A stretch of 57,196 bases of DNA, the filler included, from Catajapyx aquilonaris (lineage: Eukaryota): the NCBI GenBank assembly GCA_000934665.2. It is 2 parts of 2 records of this genome, joined end to end, with 100 filler letters (N's around TTAATTAATTAA, not from the genome) between each part and the next. Parts side by side here need not be neighbours in the genome. Positions count along the whole stretch, not along the records: positions 1 to 28,503 come from JYFJ02004912.1; positions 28,604 to 57,196 come from JYFJ02004913.1. One strand, given 5' to 3'. Both the position numbers and the translations under genes were made by a program. Positions 24,200 through 36,598 of this stretch are shown here, piece by piece. The notes beneath the pieces were generated by a model. That model made no database searches, was not told the DNA's origin, and saw only the letters and a list, made by a program, of their open reading frames with translations. The number at the start of each line of letters is the position of its first letter. The stretch's first letter is position 1.

Positions 24200-24330
24200 G
24201 ACCCCTTTCTTACTGGTGTACTGCGAGCACGCGTTACATAGTCTCTTGCCGTCTCTGCTGTTGCGCCACTGTGGGGTGGTGGTTGTGGTGGTTGGCGACC
24301 CATTCCACCAGCCCGCTTTGCATAAAAAGG
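24200..24330 (-). pseudogene. GATA-type zinc-finger fragment
   Basis: TTTTTPQWRNSRDGKRLCNACSQYTSKKG fits the TxTPLWRRxxxGxxLCNACGLY pattern, but the first CxxC is missing and no intact gene surrounds it. Confidence 0.5.
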
Positions 24331-25491
24331 AACTAATTCTGCCGACTTGAAGAGATTGATAGATTATTATTACTATAGATTGATAACGTATCTTCCTCTT
24401 AATCTTCTCCCTCATTTACGTTGCTTTGTTACGTATTATTAGATTTCAAGTATTGATGGAATGCACAATTGGTGTTATACGTATATGTATCTTTCCGTTT
24501 ATATTACGGAATTCTGGGATTTCGTTTGCGGATTTCTTTTCGCGATATCCGACGCCCACAGCATATTTTGTTATTGAGGCGCGCTGTTTCTTCTAGAATC
24601 AGGAAAAAACCAGGCACATCAATGCCTGGAAGTGACTTTGCTTTCTGGCCAACCTCATATTGGATGTTGCCATTGGACACGTCACTGATGTCAGCATGTT
24701 TCAGAAATATAAATGGTGATGATGGACCAGGAAACTGCAAATGGGTGGTGGCTTACATTGTACTGGTATTGGGATGCTGACATTTATTTTGCGTAATAAT
24801 GATATTATTTTATCTTGTACGTATTATGAATGGGAAAGTATGAAAATAATATTTATTTGGTCAGGGTCTCATTCGTTGTTAGGCAGTGTAAATGGCCAGG
24901 AGTAATAGAGTGGGATTCTGTGTAATACTGTACAATCATGTCACACGGAAGAGTGGGAGTCATTGTCTGGAGTTAATTCCAAGATGTTACCCTTAGTCCA
25001 GCTAAGATAGATGTGATTATACACACACGGTAATCGAGACTCAGTGGAATGTCCATTAGTCTATATCCGTGGTCGATAGTTGTATCAATAGCTCTTCGTG
25101 ATATAACACAATAAGGGTATTCTCTTTCAGTACTACTATTTAGGGCACTCCATTTCTTCAAAACTCCAGGTGTCACGATGCTGCACAAACCAGAGAGCGT
25201 TATCCGTATTTGCAGTAGATTCATCTACGGCAGGAAAGGTCTTAGTGGGGTAGGAGACAGACACAGTGAAGCAGATAATTCTGTTTGTCTCCAGAGGGCT
25301 GAACAGTGTCATTTTAGGCAATTTTCTCATGCTCTTCTGGCACCCTATGCAATTCCAGATAGGAATCAGGAGGTCCTTTTTCAGTTGGCTGGCCAGCGAG
25401 TTCTTGTTTTAATTTGTAGCCCATATTGCTGTAACATCATATGTTATAATTCATCCGACATCTCATATATTTCTGAATTTAGTGTGCTTGA

Positions 25492-25672
25492 AGGCCCATT
25501 CACACAGGCCGTCGACGGTTTTGGTTTTAGTTCTCGTAGACACCGCGGACCAATCAGAGCGGGCCCTCACGTAAACAACACGTCATGGTTACTGTGAGGG
25601 CCCGCTGTGATTGGTCCGCAGCATCGACGAGAACTAAAACCAAAACCGTCGACGGCCTGTGTGAATGGGCCT
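25492..25672. mobile_element. PIF/Harbinger-type (Tourist-like) palindromic MITE
   Basis: AGGCCCATTCACACAGGCCGTCGACGG.. near-perfect fold-back; 3-bp TGA TSD (25489-91, 25673-75). Confidence 0.85.
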
Positions 25673-27358
25673 TGACACGGGAGGAACGTGAAACTTCAAC
25701 AAAAGGCGTGTAGTGGATTTCATTTTCATGGTCTTCCCATTTGAATCAATTAGTTGGACTTTCGGATCCATACGTATCTCGTCTAACATGGTTATTATGG
25801 TTGTTGTTTAAGACACATGGCCCAATTGACTTTGGACATGTTTTTATAGAAATGGTCCATTCGATCACTTCTAAGTAGTCTATATTCGTAATCGAGCTGT
25901 TCCAGATATCTCTGCTTGGCCGCCAAAAGGTCGTATCAACCATTCAGAAAAATTTTCAGGGGGAACAAAAAAACGTTGTGAAAATTGCAAATTATACCGA
26001 ATTATTTCCAAATTAGGTATCTTAGTTCATGTGCAGTACAGAATGCCATTAGTGTAGCGAATGTTAAGGAATTTTGATTTGCCTGAGAATTTTGGCTCTT
26101 ACGACATTTTGGCAGTATAATTTAGAAGGGTAGGTGAGGATGCAAATTAGACCAAAATTTGTGTTGGTCATTATTTATTGGTCAAATGTGAAATGTCAAT
26201 CATCTCAGGCCGTTTTCCAGGTCACTGAGACGAATACAATCCGCAATTCACTGCGAGCCCACTATGGATCTGGCCTTACAGTGAGTAGCCATGTTGGAAA
26301 GCAAAGGAGCATCTGTCGCACCTCAGCGCCGCCGCATGGTGGATACGTTGCGTGGGTTTTCCCTACCCTGGTGTATACGACCGACGACCATCACGCCATC
26401 TGTTCACAATTGATTCATATATATTTTGCAGAAGCTGCTGCCACCTGTACACACACCCAGCGCCATTGTCTTAAATTGTCACATTACATTTGTATATTAT
26501 ATTGCATATCCATGATGCTCTTTTCCCCCTCCCCCCCGTGTATACGACCATCAAGAATGCGATGTGTAAGTGGTGCGCAGGCTGAGGAGCGGTACGAGAT
26601 TTTTTAATATTGTGTGGGAGGCCTCGACCATTTCAAAGGAGCAATAAAACCGGTTCCGAAAAAAAAAAAATGGCGTTTACGACCTTGTGACGGCCAAGCA
26701 GCGATATGATTTTCCAGCCTGTGGCGGTATACGAGGAACACCTGTCCCGATTGAGAAACCTATCACCCCGTGGGACTAGATGCTTTCTTGCCCGTTTTAT
26801 ACAGGGTCCTTCTCGCTTGGTGCTGTCGATTTGACGAATCCTTGCTAAAGGGGTGGTGTTTCAGATTGATTAGTCGCCTTTCTGGCGTCCAGAGAGAGAG
26901 AGATTGTTATGTGATGGCGACCTTGCATTAAGTTTTTATTCTAGCACCGTATGGTAATGGTACGGTGTTACATGCTTATGAGTAGCTAACATTGACGGCG
27001 TATCTGCCACGTTACATCTGTTGTATGCTTATTCTGTCCATATGGTGTAAGACTGCGAGGCATTTTTTTTTGTGGATTAATTTTAATGTCATTTACTGAC
27101 AGATCCAAGGCACTCGGAAAATTGAGTCTGTTCATGTCCACATTTTTCCAACCCTCAGAGGGTTAGAATGGTGAAATAAAAACTGGTTCATCTGACTTGA
27201 AATAAAAGGGCCATTAAAAATGGTATTGTGCCCATCATTGATTGCACGGGGCATGGAAATAGTGACAAAGGGTTCCCAAGTAACAATTTCTTGCACAAAA
27301 AGTTATGAACGATTTTATTGGACCACTAGTCTCCTAAGGATCTCTGTCTAAAATATCA

Positions 27359-27631
27359 TCGCCCCCCGATGGTATCTCCACCTTATCGTGGTGGTGGGGT
27401 TTGCGTTTCTCCCGTGACCCCAAGAGCTATGCCGGCGGTAGCTTCGTCTACTGGTAGGGCCACCCAAGCCGGACAGGTCTTTGGGATAGGAGACAGACTA
27501 AGAGAGATGCCAGTCTTTCCTCTCTTCTTTTTCCTCTTCGTTTCTCCCTCCATCTGTCCCACCTTTGCTTCTTCTTACAGCCAGGTAGCCACAGTTGCTT
27601 TGGCTTCTTCCAAATAAACCAAACCAAACCA
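27359..27631 (+). mobile_element. Complete 273-bp bipartite SINE-like element (RTE/Expander-like head, I/Nimb-like 3' stem-loop, (AAACC)n tail)
   Basis: 12-bp TSD tctaaaatatca (27347-58, 27632-43); head ccttatcgtggtgg..gagctatg..ctggtaggg..acaggtc..cagactaagag resembles RTE-clade 5' UTRs as I recall them; other copies at ~160 and ~5218. Confidence 0.85.
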
Positions 27632-28503
27632 TCTAAAATATCAACAAGAAAAATCTTCCAACATGGATCCGTTCATTTCAACTATGAAATCCAGTTCGGG
27701 CCTGACGCTTTCTCCAATTTTAGCTTATAGTTCTTTCCAGGAATCCGTCTGGCCTGCGTCCTTGACCTCCACGTCTCCTTCATTCCTTCCCTTCTCTGTC
27801 TCCTCTCCAGTGCTTATTATCTCCTCCTCTTCCTCTGTCTTGGCTGCTGGTGCCTTCATGGCACCGAGTGATGTGTATTGGTTCCACTCATCGTCCTCGT
27901 CCGACGTGAATCCTTCTAAATAGTCTTCTCTCATTACCCAGGTATAAAGGCTCAACTTATTCCACTTACTTGGCATATCCGGGTAACATTCCTGGCACTC
28001 CGTCGACTCACATATCACCCCGAAGCGTACACAATCTGTAAGAGAGCCTCTTGCTATGACTCATTCATGACTGTATGATATGCGCGTAATACACATCTAC
28101 GCGTGGTTTTCTTTTAAGGGAAAGCGTAAGGATGCACTTTAGCCCCCCCAAAATATTGCAGGTTTCTATACATTTCCTGAAGCTCCTCCATGGGCTGGGT
28201 CGAATGACACTATTCCTTGGGTGGAGAAACGTTTCGTTAAAGAGTAATTGAATTATGAAATTGCAAGTAATTAACAATGAATAAATGAAAATAAGCAAGT
28301 GTTCCATTGTTGAAACTGTTCGTATTGTTTAAAAAAAGGGATGAAGGAGTGGAATTCCTCTTAGTCTGTGTCCCACCCCAAAGACCTGTCCGACTTGGGT
28401 GGCCCTATGTAACGAGGAAGCATATGAGGTAGCATATGAGGAAGCACATGAGGATGACTAATGGAGTTATGGACTCAAGTCACAAGAGAAGGGCAAATAT
28501 AGA

Positions 28504-28603
28504 NNNNNNNNNNNNNNNNNNNNNNNNNNNNNNNNNNNNNNNNNNNNTTAATTAATTAANNNNNNNNNNNNNNNNNNNNNNNNNNNNNNNNNNNNNNNNN
28601 NNN
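28504..28603. other. Assembly gap with artificial ttaattaattaa spacer
   Basis: N runs flanking a linker carrying stop codons in all frames. Confidence 0.95.
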
Positions 28604-29029
28604 CCCCCCCCATTGAAAATCTATACCTACGCCCGTGCACACACCGCACGGAAATTTACGCCTGTGTTTCGCTTTGCCCTCCGTTTCACTTTGCCCCACC
28701 TTCCCCCTACAAGTAACTTACTTTTTTTTGAACACACCATCTCATTCTTCCTCGACCTCGTAAAATAACAAAAAAAAAATCCAGGCTTTCATAACATACT
28801 ATGTTAAGACGACGTTCAGGCTATTGATGTATTTTCTCTGAAATGCCGATCGGCGAAAGTCAAGACTATAGTAGTGTATAACCCTGTACGGTGGTCGTAC
28901 TAAATTTTTTAGCCTAACCATGAAAGAAATGGATTTGGGATCTAACTTTTATTTATATCTGTACAGAGTCACCAGACAAGTCACCACATACAGCTAGGTC
29001 AGCCGGTGCCCTTTGCTGTTGGTGTAGAA

Positions 29030-29250
29030 GGTTTTGTCGAACCCTTCGAAAAATTCATCCACGCCATTCCATGACATCATTATCCATGTCATAATGGACA
29101 CTAACTTTCCAACCTTTTTTCGAGATTGGAAAAAATGTGAAAGTCAGAAGATGCCAAATCAGGTGAATGAAGTGGGTTCACATTCTTGAAAAGTAGCCAT
29201 GCAGATGACTTAGGGCCTACTTGGAGCATTGTCCTGAAGCAACAGGAAAC
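29030..29250 (-). mobile_element. Degenerate mariner transposase fragment
   Basis: Minus strand encodes QDNAP and HSPDLASSDFHIF (mariner HDNAP / YSPDLAPSDF motifs), with deletions. Confidence 0.7.
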
Positions 29251-30591
29251 ATTTTGTCAATATTGATCCAAACAATGAACCATTTAACATGCATACATGT
29301 GATACGAATTAATATATGTGCCTAATTATTTCATCTCGGCGTCAATTGTTTAATTGATGCACCAGAAAAATCAGGTGTCCCGTCAATTACCCAATCTGAT
29401 CAAGTTATTACATTCCTAACAACAAGCGAACGTGATTACCACATCCTACCACATCACACTGGTAATCTGTCGTACTGGTGAGATTAGTCACTATTATTAA
29501 CTTAATTAAGAGTGATTTGGTGGTGACGTGGTGGCACCCAACCTTGTTTATTTGTGGCATGCTTGGTGGTAAGTTCGATTTTTGTGTCTCATTCTTCAAT
29601 ATACAATTTCGCAAAGACTTCAAAGTAGCATGCTGATGTTATATCTGTAGGCTACTTGAAATCTGTAATGGATACATGTGACTACCACCCATGGGCCATG
29701 GTCCGAAACACCGGAAATGACGACGTTACCGTCTGCTATGTATATCCTGACAAGTATGGATCCCCCCATACATGCCTGCATCGCTGGTTGCCGGGGCCCA
29801 GGCAAACGGTCTGGGAGTGAGAGCCCCTGCCCCTGCTGCAACCAACTATGCAGGCATGTAGGGAGGTATCCACACTTGTCAGGATACACATCGTCGATGT
29901 CAAAGGTTGATATCAACAGACGTGGCGCGACGGCCTTTCGGGCTCATACCCTGCTTCTTCCATACGCACCCCCTACCACACCCGTATATAGGCCTATCAT
30001 ATTGGCAGATGAATTCACGAACACGCTGTATAATACTAGCCTACTGTATATTACTATTGGGTCTGACATGGTCTGACTGAGAGTAACACTGAAATGAAAT
30101 CGAGATGTGAGGGCTTGAAGGTTATTTTGTTATCTCATTACTGGGTAGCCTACTATACTGTATTTTTCCTATCTCTGTGGACCGTACAATTGTTCTATCT
30201 GGAAAAGACTTGACTCTTGGAAAAGTACGAGTCAAGGACTGCGTTGCACAATGCACGACTCCATTTCGACCAAAATGTGAATCCTTGTGCGAGTCTGATA
30301 TAGTTCTGATATTCATATTATTATGCGTGGCTTATTCTTAGGTGTGACAATAATAGATTTGATAATAAAATCTTATTGGTGGAAGGGAAAGTTTTATGAA
30401 CATAATTATTGCATACATGAACCATTGGCATTAGGTCACATATCATAGAGGACACCTATTGGTACAGGCACGTGGACCACTGCGTGAAGGGCAATTACTT
30501 CATCGTCAACAATGGAGAGAAGTGCCTTGGATGCTCTATCTCGGCTGATTCATGAATAATGACTGTTATAGAGCAATAGATAGAGAAAATG

Positions 30592-30772
30592 AGGGTCCGC
30601 CTTCCTTCGGAGGGGAAGTAAAGCCGTCGGTCCCGTGTGCTTGTGACATTGCGCGAGTGCACGTTAAAGGATCCCCAGAGTGGCCAAATTTCCAGGAGGA
30701 GGACCACCCCCTGGCGTCGGTGTTGAGCCTTAGAGGCAGAAATAGGCCGACGTTAAGCCCCACTGAACCCTT
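30592..30772 (+). mobile_element. 5'-truncated Deu/Nin-domain SINE
   Basis: ttcggaggggaagtaaagccgtcggtcccg..gtgcacgttaaaggatcccc..gacgttaagcccc; imperfect TSD atagatag..aa..aatga on both sides. Confidence 0.6.
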
Positions 30773-31680
30773 ATAGATAGAAAAGAATGACCTCATAGAA
30801 AGCCTACTTAAGTCCATCAGTAAAATCATCGTCCTGCAGAATGATGTTGGAGGTAATGCAATAAAACACCTAGGTGCTGGTAGTGGCGGAGCATATTCTT
30901 TTTAAATCATCAGCTGGTCCTAAAAAGAGAGAGAGAGACACAGTATCCAGCATTGAAGCCTTGTTTATTTACAATAGCCGATAACTGTTATCTGGCAATG
31001 GCTCCATTTTTTTTGTTCCGCATGACTCATATCTTCCGATACGGTCCGTTGAAGAATACGGGTCAAGACGACACCGCCGTTACTCTCATTTGCCCTGATC
31101 ATTCTCGAAATGAGACGCGATCATTGCTTTCACATCCGCCCACTGAACTCCAATGGAGAAGACGCGCTCCAGACGCGGTTGAGACGACGGACGGCTTCAG
31201 TTTTGGCGGGAAAGAGAGAGGCGACTTGGCATCGCCGGAGAGGAATCCCCCTTGAGCTGTCTACCCGCAAGAAAGTGGGAGGGAGGAAGGAGGGGGGGTG
31301 GGAATGCCACTTCAAGGGGGTAGGGTGCAGAAGGGGGCTAGGGCCAGGAGGTGTGTATAGTGTGTGTGTGTGAGGAGGGAGGGAGGGAGGGTAGGGAAGG
31401 GTGGGTGGGTGTGTTGTGGATGAGAGCCATCTGTTGTGGCACGAGCCAACTGCCAGGAGTCAGATCGGAGAGAGAGAGTCTGGGGTTGGCTGGTCTGGCC
31501 TGGATCATCCGGGGGCGAAAGGAACACGACGCTGTGTGCTGCGTACCTGCCGCGTCCCTCGGACCCCGTGCTGCCGCGCTGCCCCGCCGCCGGACTCGGG
31601 GAGGAGAGGGCGAGGAGGCACAGGGGCAGGCCCGCCCCACTCAAAGCGGAAGGGGAGGCGGGGCAGCCCTACCCCCCTCC

Positions 31681-31740
31681 ATGCCCTCACTTGTTTATAT
31701 GGCCAAGAGTGCTGCCAAGACCATGGGTGGTGGTGCATAG
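31681..31740 (+). other. Upstream ORF (19 aa, three ATGs) in the probable FBXL6 5' UTR
   Basis: ATG..TAG encoding MPSLVYMAKSAAKTMGGGA; ends 39 nt before the FBXL6 ATG and is in frame with it. Confidence 0.5.
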
Positions 31741-31779
31741 GCGCAGAGAGGTAGAGGTGTACAAGAAGGAGTGGTAGAC

Positions 31780-32630
31780 ATGGCAGAGGATATTGACACG
31801 TCGTGCATGCCGCCTGTGGACCTGGAGGTGTTCAACGGGTTGTGGCGGGACTTGGATGCGGCTGCACAAACCCATGGGGAGTCACCTCCGGACCCGGGCC
31901 TGGGTGTTGGGTCCCTCACACCCTACTCGTCAGGGATAGACAGCATTGGGACCGCGACAGAGACCGACTCTGACAACTTCTCGCAGCTGGTCACGCCCGT
32001 GTCTGAGACGCTAGAGTCGCCCGTGTATGAGCCACCCACCCCTACTGCGAATCTCACTCCTAGCATGGAGACCACGCCAGTCCCAGAGGCACCCACAGTT
32101 TCGCCTACTAACGTGGTGGTAGTGTCGCCACGTGATCGCCACCGGTCTGACAACTGCACCTGTGTGTTGTGCGAGGCTAGTGCAAGGAAGAAGAAACGCG
32201 GCGACTGCCCTTCGCCGCAGCCGCAGCAGCAGCACCACCGCAAGAGGAAGCACCGGGATAATGCTGTGGTGTACCAGAGCCAGATTTCACCTGACAAGAA
32301 TGGGATCAAGTTGAAGATCAAGAAGTCCCCACCGGGAGCACACTTTGGGGATGTTGGCCCTGTTAGTGGTGGGGGCGGGGGAAGGGGAAGGTCGAGGAAG
32401 GGCAGTGGGCGAGATGGGAGGGGGAGGCGGAGGAGGAAGGCAGCCAAGGAAGATGTGGAGTTGAGTGACGATGAATTTGGTAACAAGGGACAAGAGCTCG
32501 CTGCCTATCCTGTGGAGGAATTTGTGCCGGAAGTACCCAGCAGGTGGGGAGATGCAGTGCCCGCCCAGTTTCTTACCCAGGTTTTCAAGTATATCACCTA
32601 CGAAGAGGGATGCTTGCCCTTCCTTCTCAG
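31780..32630 (+). CDS. FBXL6: F-box/LRR-repeat protein 6, exon 1 of 5
   Basis: Low-complexity basic N-terminus, then F-box start WGDAVPAQFLTQVF..GCLPFLLR; donor AG|GTAAAT, phase 2. Confidence 0.88.
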
Positions 32631-35590
32631 GTAAATACAGAACTGCACATTTTCATAATCTGTAGAGGAAATTGAATGCACACAAAAGCCTGATTGGTAT
32701 ATCATGGAAAGTAAGCACATTTTGCAGATGAATATGGTACTTATAATTGACGCCTTGGAAAACAAGTTAGCTCTTTGCAATTGATTGTGGTGACTCGATA
32801 GAAAATAAGTTCATACAGTGCCTGGAAAAAAACCAATAATGCGACATTGAATAGCGTTGCCACATTTGTATACCCAGAAAAATAACGTGCAAGGAAATAT
32901 TGTTAGGCTGGAAGTATCTAAGGAATATTGGCAGCACAGTTACCAGTCATGTAGATATGTGCAGCATTTTCAGCCAACGTTGCGTCACTGTCATCTAGCA
33001 GTGCTTAGATTTTCTCCCACTTGATATCCGTCATGGCACTGCCCAAGATGCAGTGGAACTTTGAAGCAAAGGAGGTTCATAGATTTTTATTGCAGATTAG
33101 AGGAGGAGGTGATGGGATTACCTAATCTGTGGCTGGCCTTAGGTTCCAAGTTCTTCTTCATGAAAGAGCAGTACTTCGTGCATTATTTTGTAGCTGTTGA
33201 AAAGAAGCATGAGTTATTTGTGGTGAATATGACTAACAAATTACTGTATTGATGAGCGACCTGTTTGACACATCGTATGCTGTTATAGTTAGGCTAGGTG
33301 AAGATCAGCATTAATAATATAATAGTTATTCCATTTGTACGTTTTTGGTAATGTACTGCCGAGTGGATAGAGTCAGTCACACCTTGGTCATTTTAATGTT
33401 CAAGACACTTGTCATTATTGACACCCACAGGGCACGTTGAGAGATGATAGTCAGACAAGAAAATTTTATGCTTCTGAAACATGTATTTTCTGTGCTACTT
33501 TAATTAGGTTTTAATTGCAATTTGTGAGGAATATGACTGGGTTGTGGGTTGTTATAATCTGACCAGAACAAGCCAAATTTCTCATACACCTGTGCTTATA
33601 TGGTGCATCCATGGGTATACAGGTTAGTTTCACAATGGAAATCCACAAGTCGGAAAACATCTAAGGAAATTATAGGATAGACCCGTTGTTACCAGATTTG
33701 TTTCAGCTGGAAACAGTTGGTAATGGTAAATAATATTACCACCACCATAATAACCTGAATTTAACAGCTTGGTGACAAGTGTATGTAAGGTGGTCAGTTC
33801 TGACGTCCCAAGCAAAAACCTTGTATGTGTGGTTATCATTTCGAGATAAGCACATTTGAAGTTTTCACTTTCTATTGAAAAGGATATACATACATGGTTT
33901 TACTATGCCCCTAACTTTGCAACGGAGACTCGTAGAGAAACGAGGTTTGTACCATTACGTAGGCCGCATAAAGGGGAGTGCAGTGGTATGCTTAGCTGAA
34001 CATACTCGTACATGGATTTTGCTTGGGACATCAGAGTTAGTTCCATGTAATGGGGACCTTGGCAATTTTATAGCTTGTTCTGAGGCTACATGCTGTACAT
34101 AATAATCGTAGGATGGCAGGAATTGTTGCTGGGTGCGGAGGCAGATAAGTATTGGTGATTCTTTGCCCAAGTCATAGGAAATATTCTTCCAGTTAGACTA
34201 CTCTACTAGTTCCAATAACTCCACGACATTCATGATAACTGATGAGCAAATAGCAAGTTGTACATGGTGTCATTCATGTGATGATGGCTGAAAAACATAG
34301 TTGTTGCTGTGTGCTGTAATGATGCCTCTCAGGCAAAAATAACGTGTTTGGTATTTGAATAGGTCAAAGCATTCCCTGCTGTTCAAGAGTTACTGACCAT
34401 CTATTCACTGGCCATTCACTAAGTCATCAAATATAACTTGTCCCAGGCTTGCCGGATTTGCTGTAACAATTTGGGCAAGTTATAGCAGTTGCTCTAAGCT
34501 AGTAAGCTAGATTTAGATTGCCACTTGCAGTCGCTTGTGAATAGAGTGAGAACCGACTTGTTGTCTGACTGACTGACATATGCAATATTACATTCTCTAG
34601 GATAACAACATTCCAAGTTACCAAGTATTTCTGCCCCAGCTGCCTTTTTATTCACTCTTGATTGTACTTGACAAGGGACATTGCCAGATATTCAGCACGA
34701 GATTGCCCTTTGCTGTATCGTGAATAGGCTTAGTTACAAATAACTTATAAGACTAAAGACCTGGTGATATCAGTGTATATTAAGGGAAAACACCTGCTTA
34801 CATATTATGGATGTTACCTGTAATTGAAAAGTTTACATCCACCAGTGTTCATTAAACCAGCCCGTATTTATCCATCCTGTAATTATCAAAGAACTGATTT
34901 CTAGATTCTTAAAAACCCTCAAATAGGTAGGTAGGCATTTAGGTCCTGAAAACAGTTAAAGTAGGCTCTTAAATAGGCACTAAAAATCAAGCATGTCCTA
35001 ATTTATTTTCAGTCCCATGCAGCCTACTCTTGGGCATGTAATTTTGCAACACAGTAACAAATTAGCAGTTGTTCCATATTTAAGTTTTTATTTTTATTAT
35101 TTGTCGGTGATGCCTGTGTGACTGTACAACTTTATATGCTGAAAATGACCTTTTGACGTCACACAAAGCAACAGGATCATTCTTGAAAAGTTAGATGTCT
35201 TGTACAGCCAGTTCATCCGGCATGTCCAAAGGCTACAGCTTCTTTGCTATTCGCAGGTTGAAGCGGGAGGGATGACTTGAACGGAAAACACTTAAAACTG
35301 CCGCGAATATTACGAAAAGGCGTCAAAAAAGTGTAAATAGGTGAAAATAGGCGCTAATAGGCTGCACTGAGCAAGAACTGGAGTCAATGGGTGGAGAAGT
35401 TACTGTGATTGTGGCAGACCCTTAACTGCATATAACTGGGTTGTACCACATCATTCGGCATTGGACTTTATGAGAATACCCACAAGCATGGAGATAACCC
35501 ATTGAATATTTTCCTATAGAGAATTCATTGTCAGACCTGGTGACTGAACTGAGGATATCTAGAGATTGAAGGCTGTGGCCTTAACTACTA

Positions 35591-35873
35591 ATAATAATTC
35601 ATACCCCATTATCAGCCGGCGGCTCTTTAGGGGGATATATATATATTTTGACTGGAACTCTTCGTTTCATTTTTTACTGCGCTTTTTGGGATAGGATAGG
35701 AAAGGAAGGAGGCGGCTGTGGCCTATTAGTTTAGGAAACAACTCCGGAATTCTCCTGGAGGAACCGTGGGAAACCACAGAAAACCACGGTTAGAGTTGCC
35801 GGCACCGGGATTCGAACCCAGGACCTCCCGATTAGCAGTCGGATACCATATCCCCTCCGCCACCACTGCTTCA
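35591..35873 (-). mobile_element. tRNA-derived SINE in FBXL6 intron 1
   Basis: 16-bp TSD gtggccttaactacta (35575-90, 35874-89); A box GTGGCGGAGGGG and B box GGTTCGAATCC on -; (ATT)n tail. Confidence 0.9.
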
Positions 35874-36225
35874 GTGGCCTTAACTACTATACTGCTAGTC
35901 AAAAGAAAAATACACTCTCTCCATTGGGAGTCAACTGGACCATCAGAATTTCTGTCTTGATGTTTGTTAGTGGTATTTTTAGAATCTCGAAATATAGGCA
36001 AGATAAATATGAAGCATCTGAGTTCCATGTATAAAGCTTGAAGTAGAGTATTTTTGGTCTCAACTTCACCACAAATGCATATAGTGGGTTTTGCCTGTGG
36101 TTGGCAGTACACCAACCCTTTATCACACTGATACTTTGTTGATTGTTATAACACTGGTTGAGAATTGTAATGACCCGCTAGAAAAATATCAATTTGCTCA
36201 ATCATCAATATCATGTGGAACAATG

Positions 36226-36598
36226 GGGGCCGTGCAGACGGGCCAAGCTTAGCCGCGGCTGGCCCCGGTCTGGTCGAGGCCGTGACGGTTTACACGGTTG
36301 AGCCACGGCCAGGCCACGGCTTACGAACTTGGCCAACTTGGCCAACTTCCAGGAAGTTGGCTCGCTGCTTGGCCACGGCTTGGCCTCGGCGACGGATACT
36401 GCGTGTCACTTGTTTTTTGTCGCTGCCATGACTACCGGCCACTATTACAAAATGCGGGTGGCTGTTATTAAAATATGTGGCTGTTATTAAAATATGTGCC
36501 CGTCAGAACGGTTGCCGTGGCTTGCCGTGGCTAGCCGTGGCTCCGCGAGCCGTGGCCGGGGCCAGCCGCGGCTAAGCTTGACCCGTCTGCATGACCCC
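36226..36598. mobile_element. Harbinger-like MITE
   Basis: ~43-bp TIRs ggggccgtgcagacgggccaagcttagccgcggctggccccgg / ccggggccagccgcggctaagcttgacccgtctgcatgacccc; internal ccacggc/gccgtgg repeats. Confidence 0.8.

Noticed and set aside
28504..28603. ttaattaattaa motif between N runs
   Set aside because: Artificial scaffold spacer, not biological
33620..35360. Weak inverted repeats and aaatagg-rich blocks in FBXL6 intron 1
   Set aside because: Probably old DNA-transposon debris; ends and TSDs not definable
35790..35873. tRNA-like A and B boxes
   Set aside because: Head of a TSD-flanked SINE, not a tRNA gene
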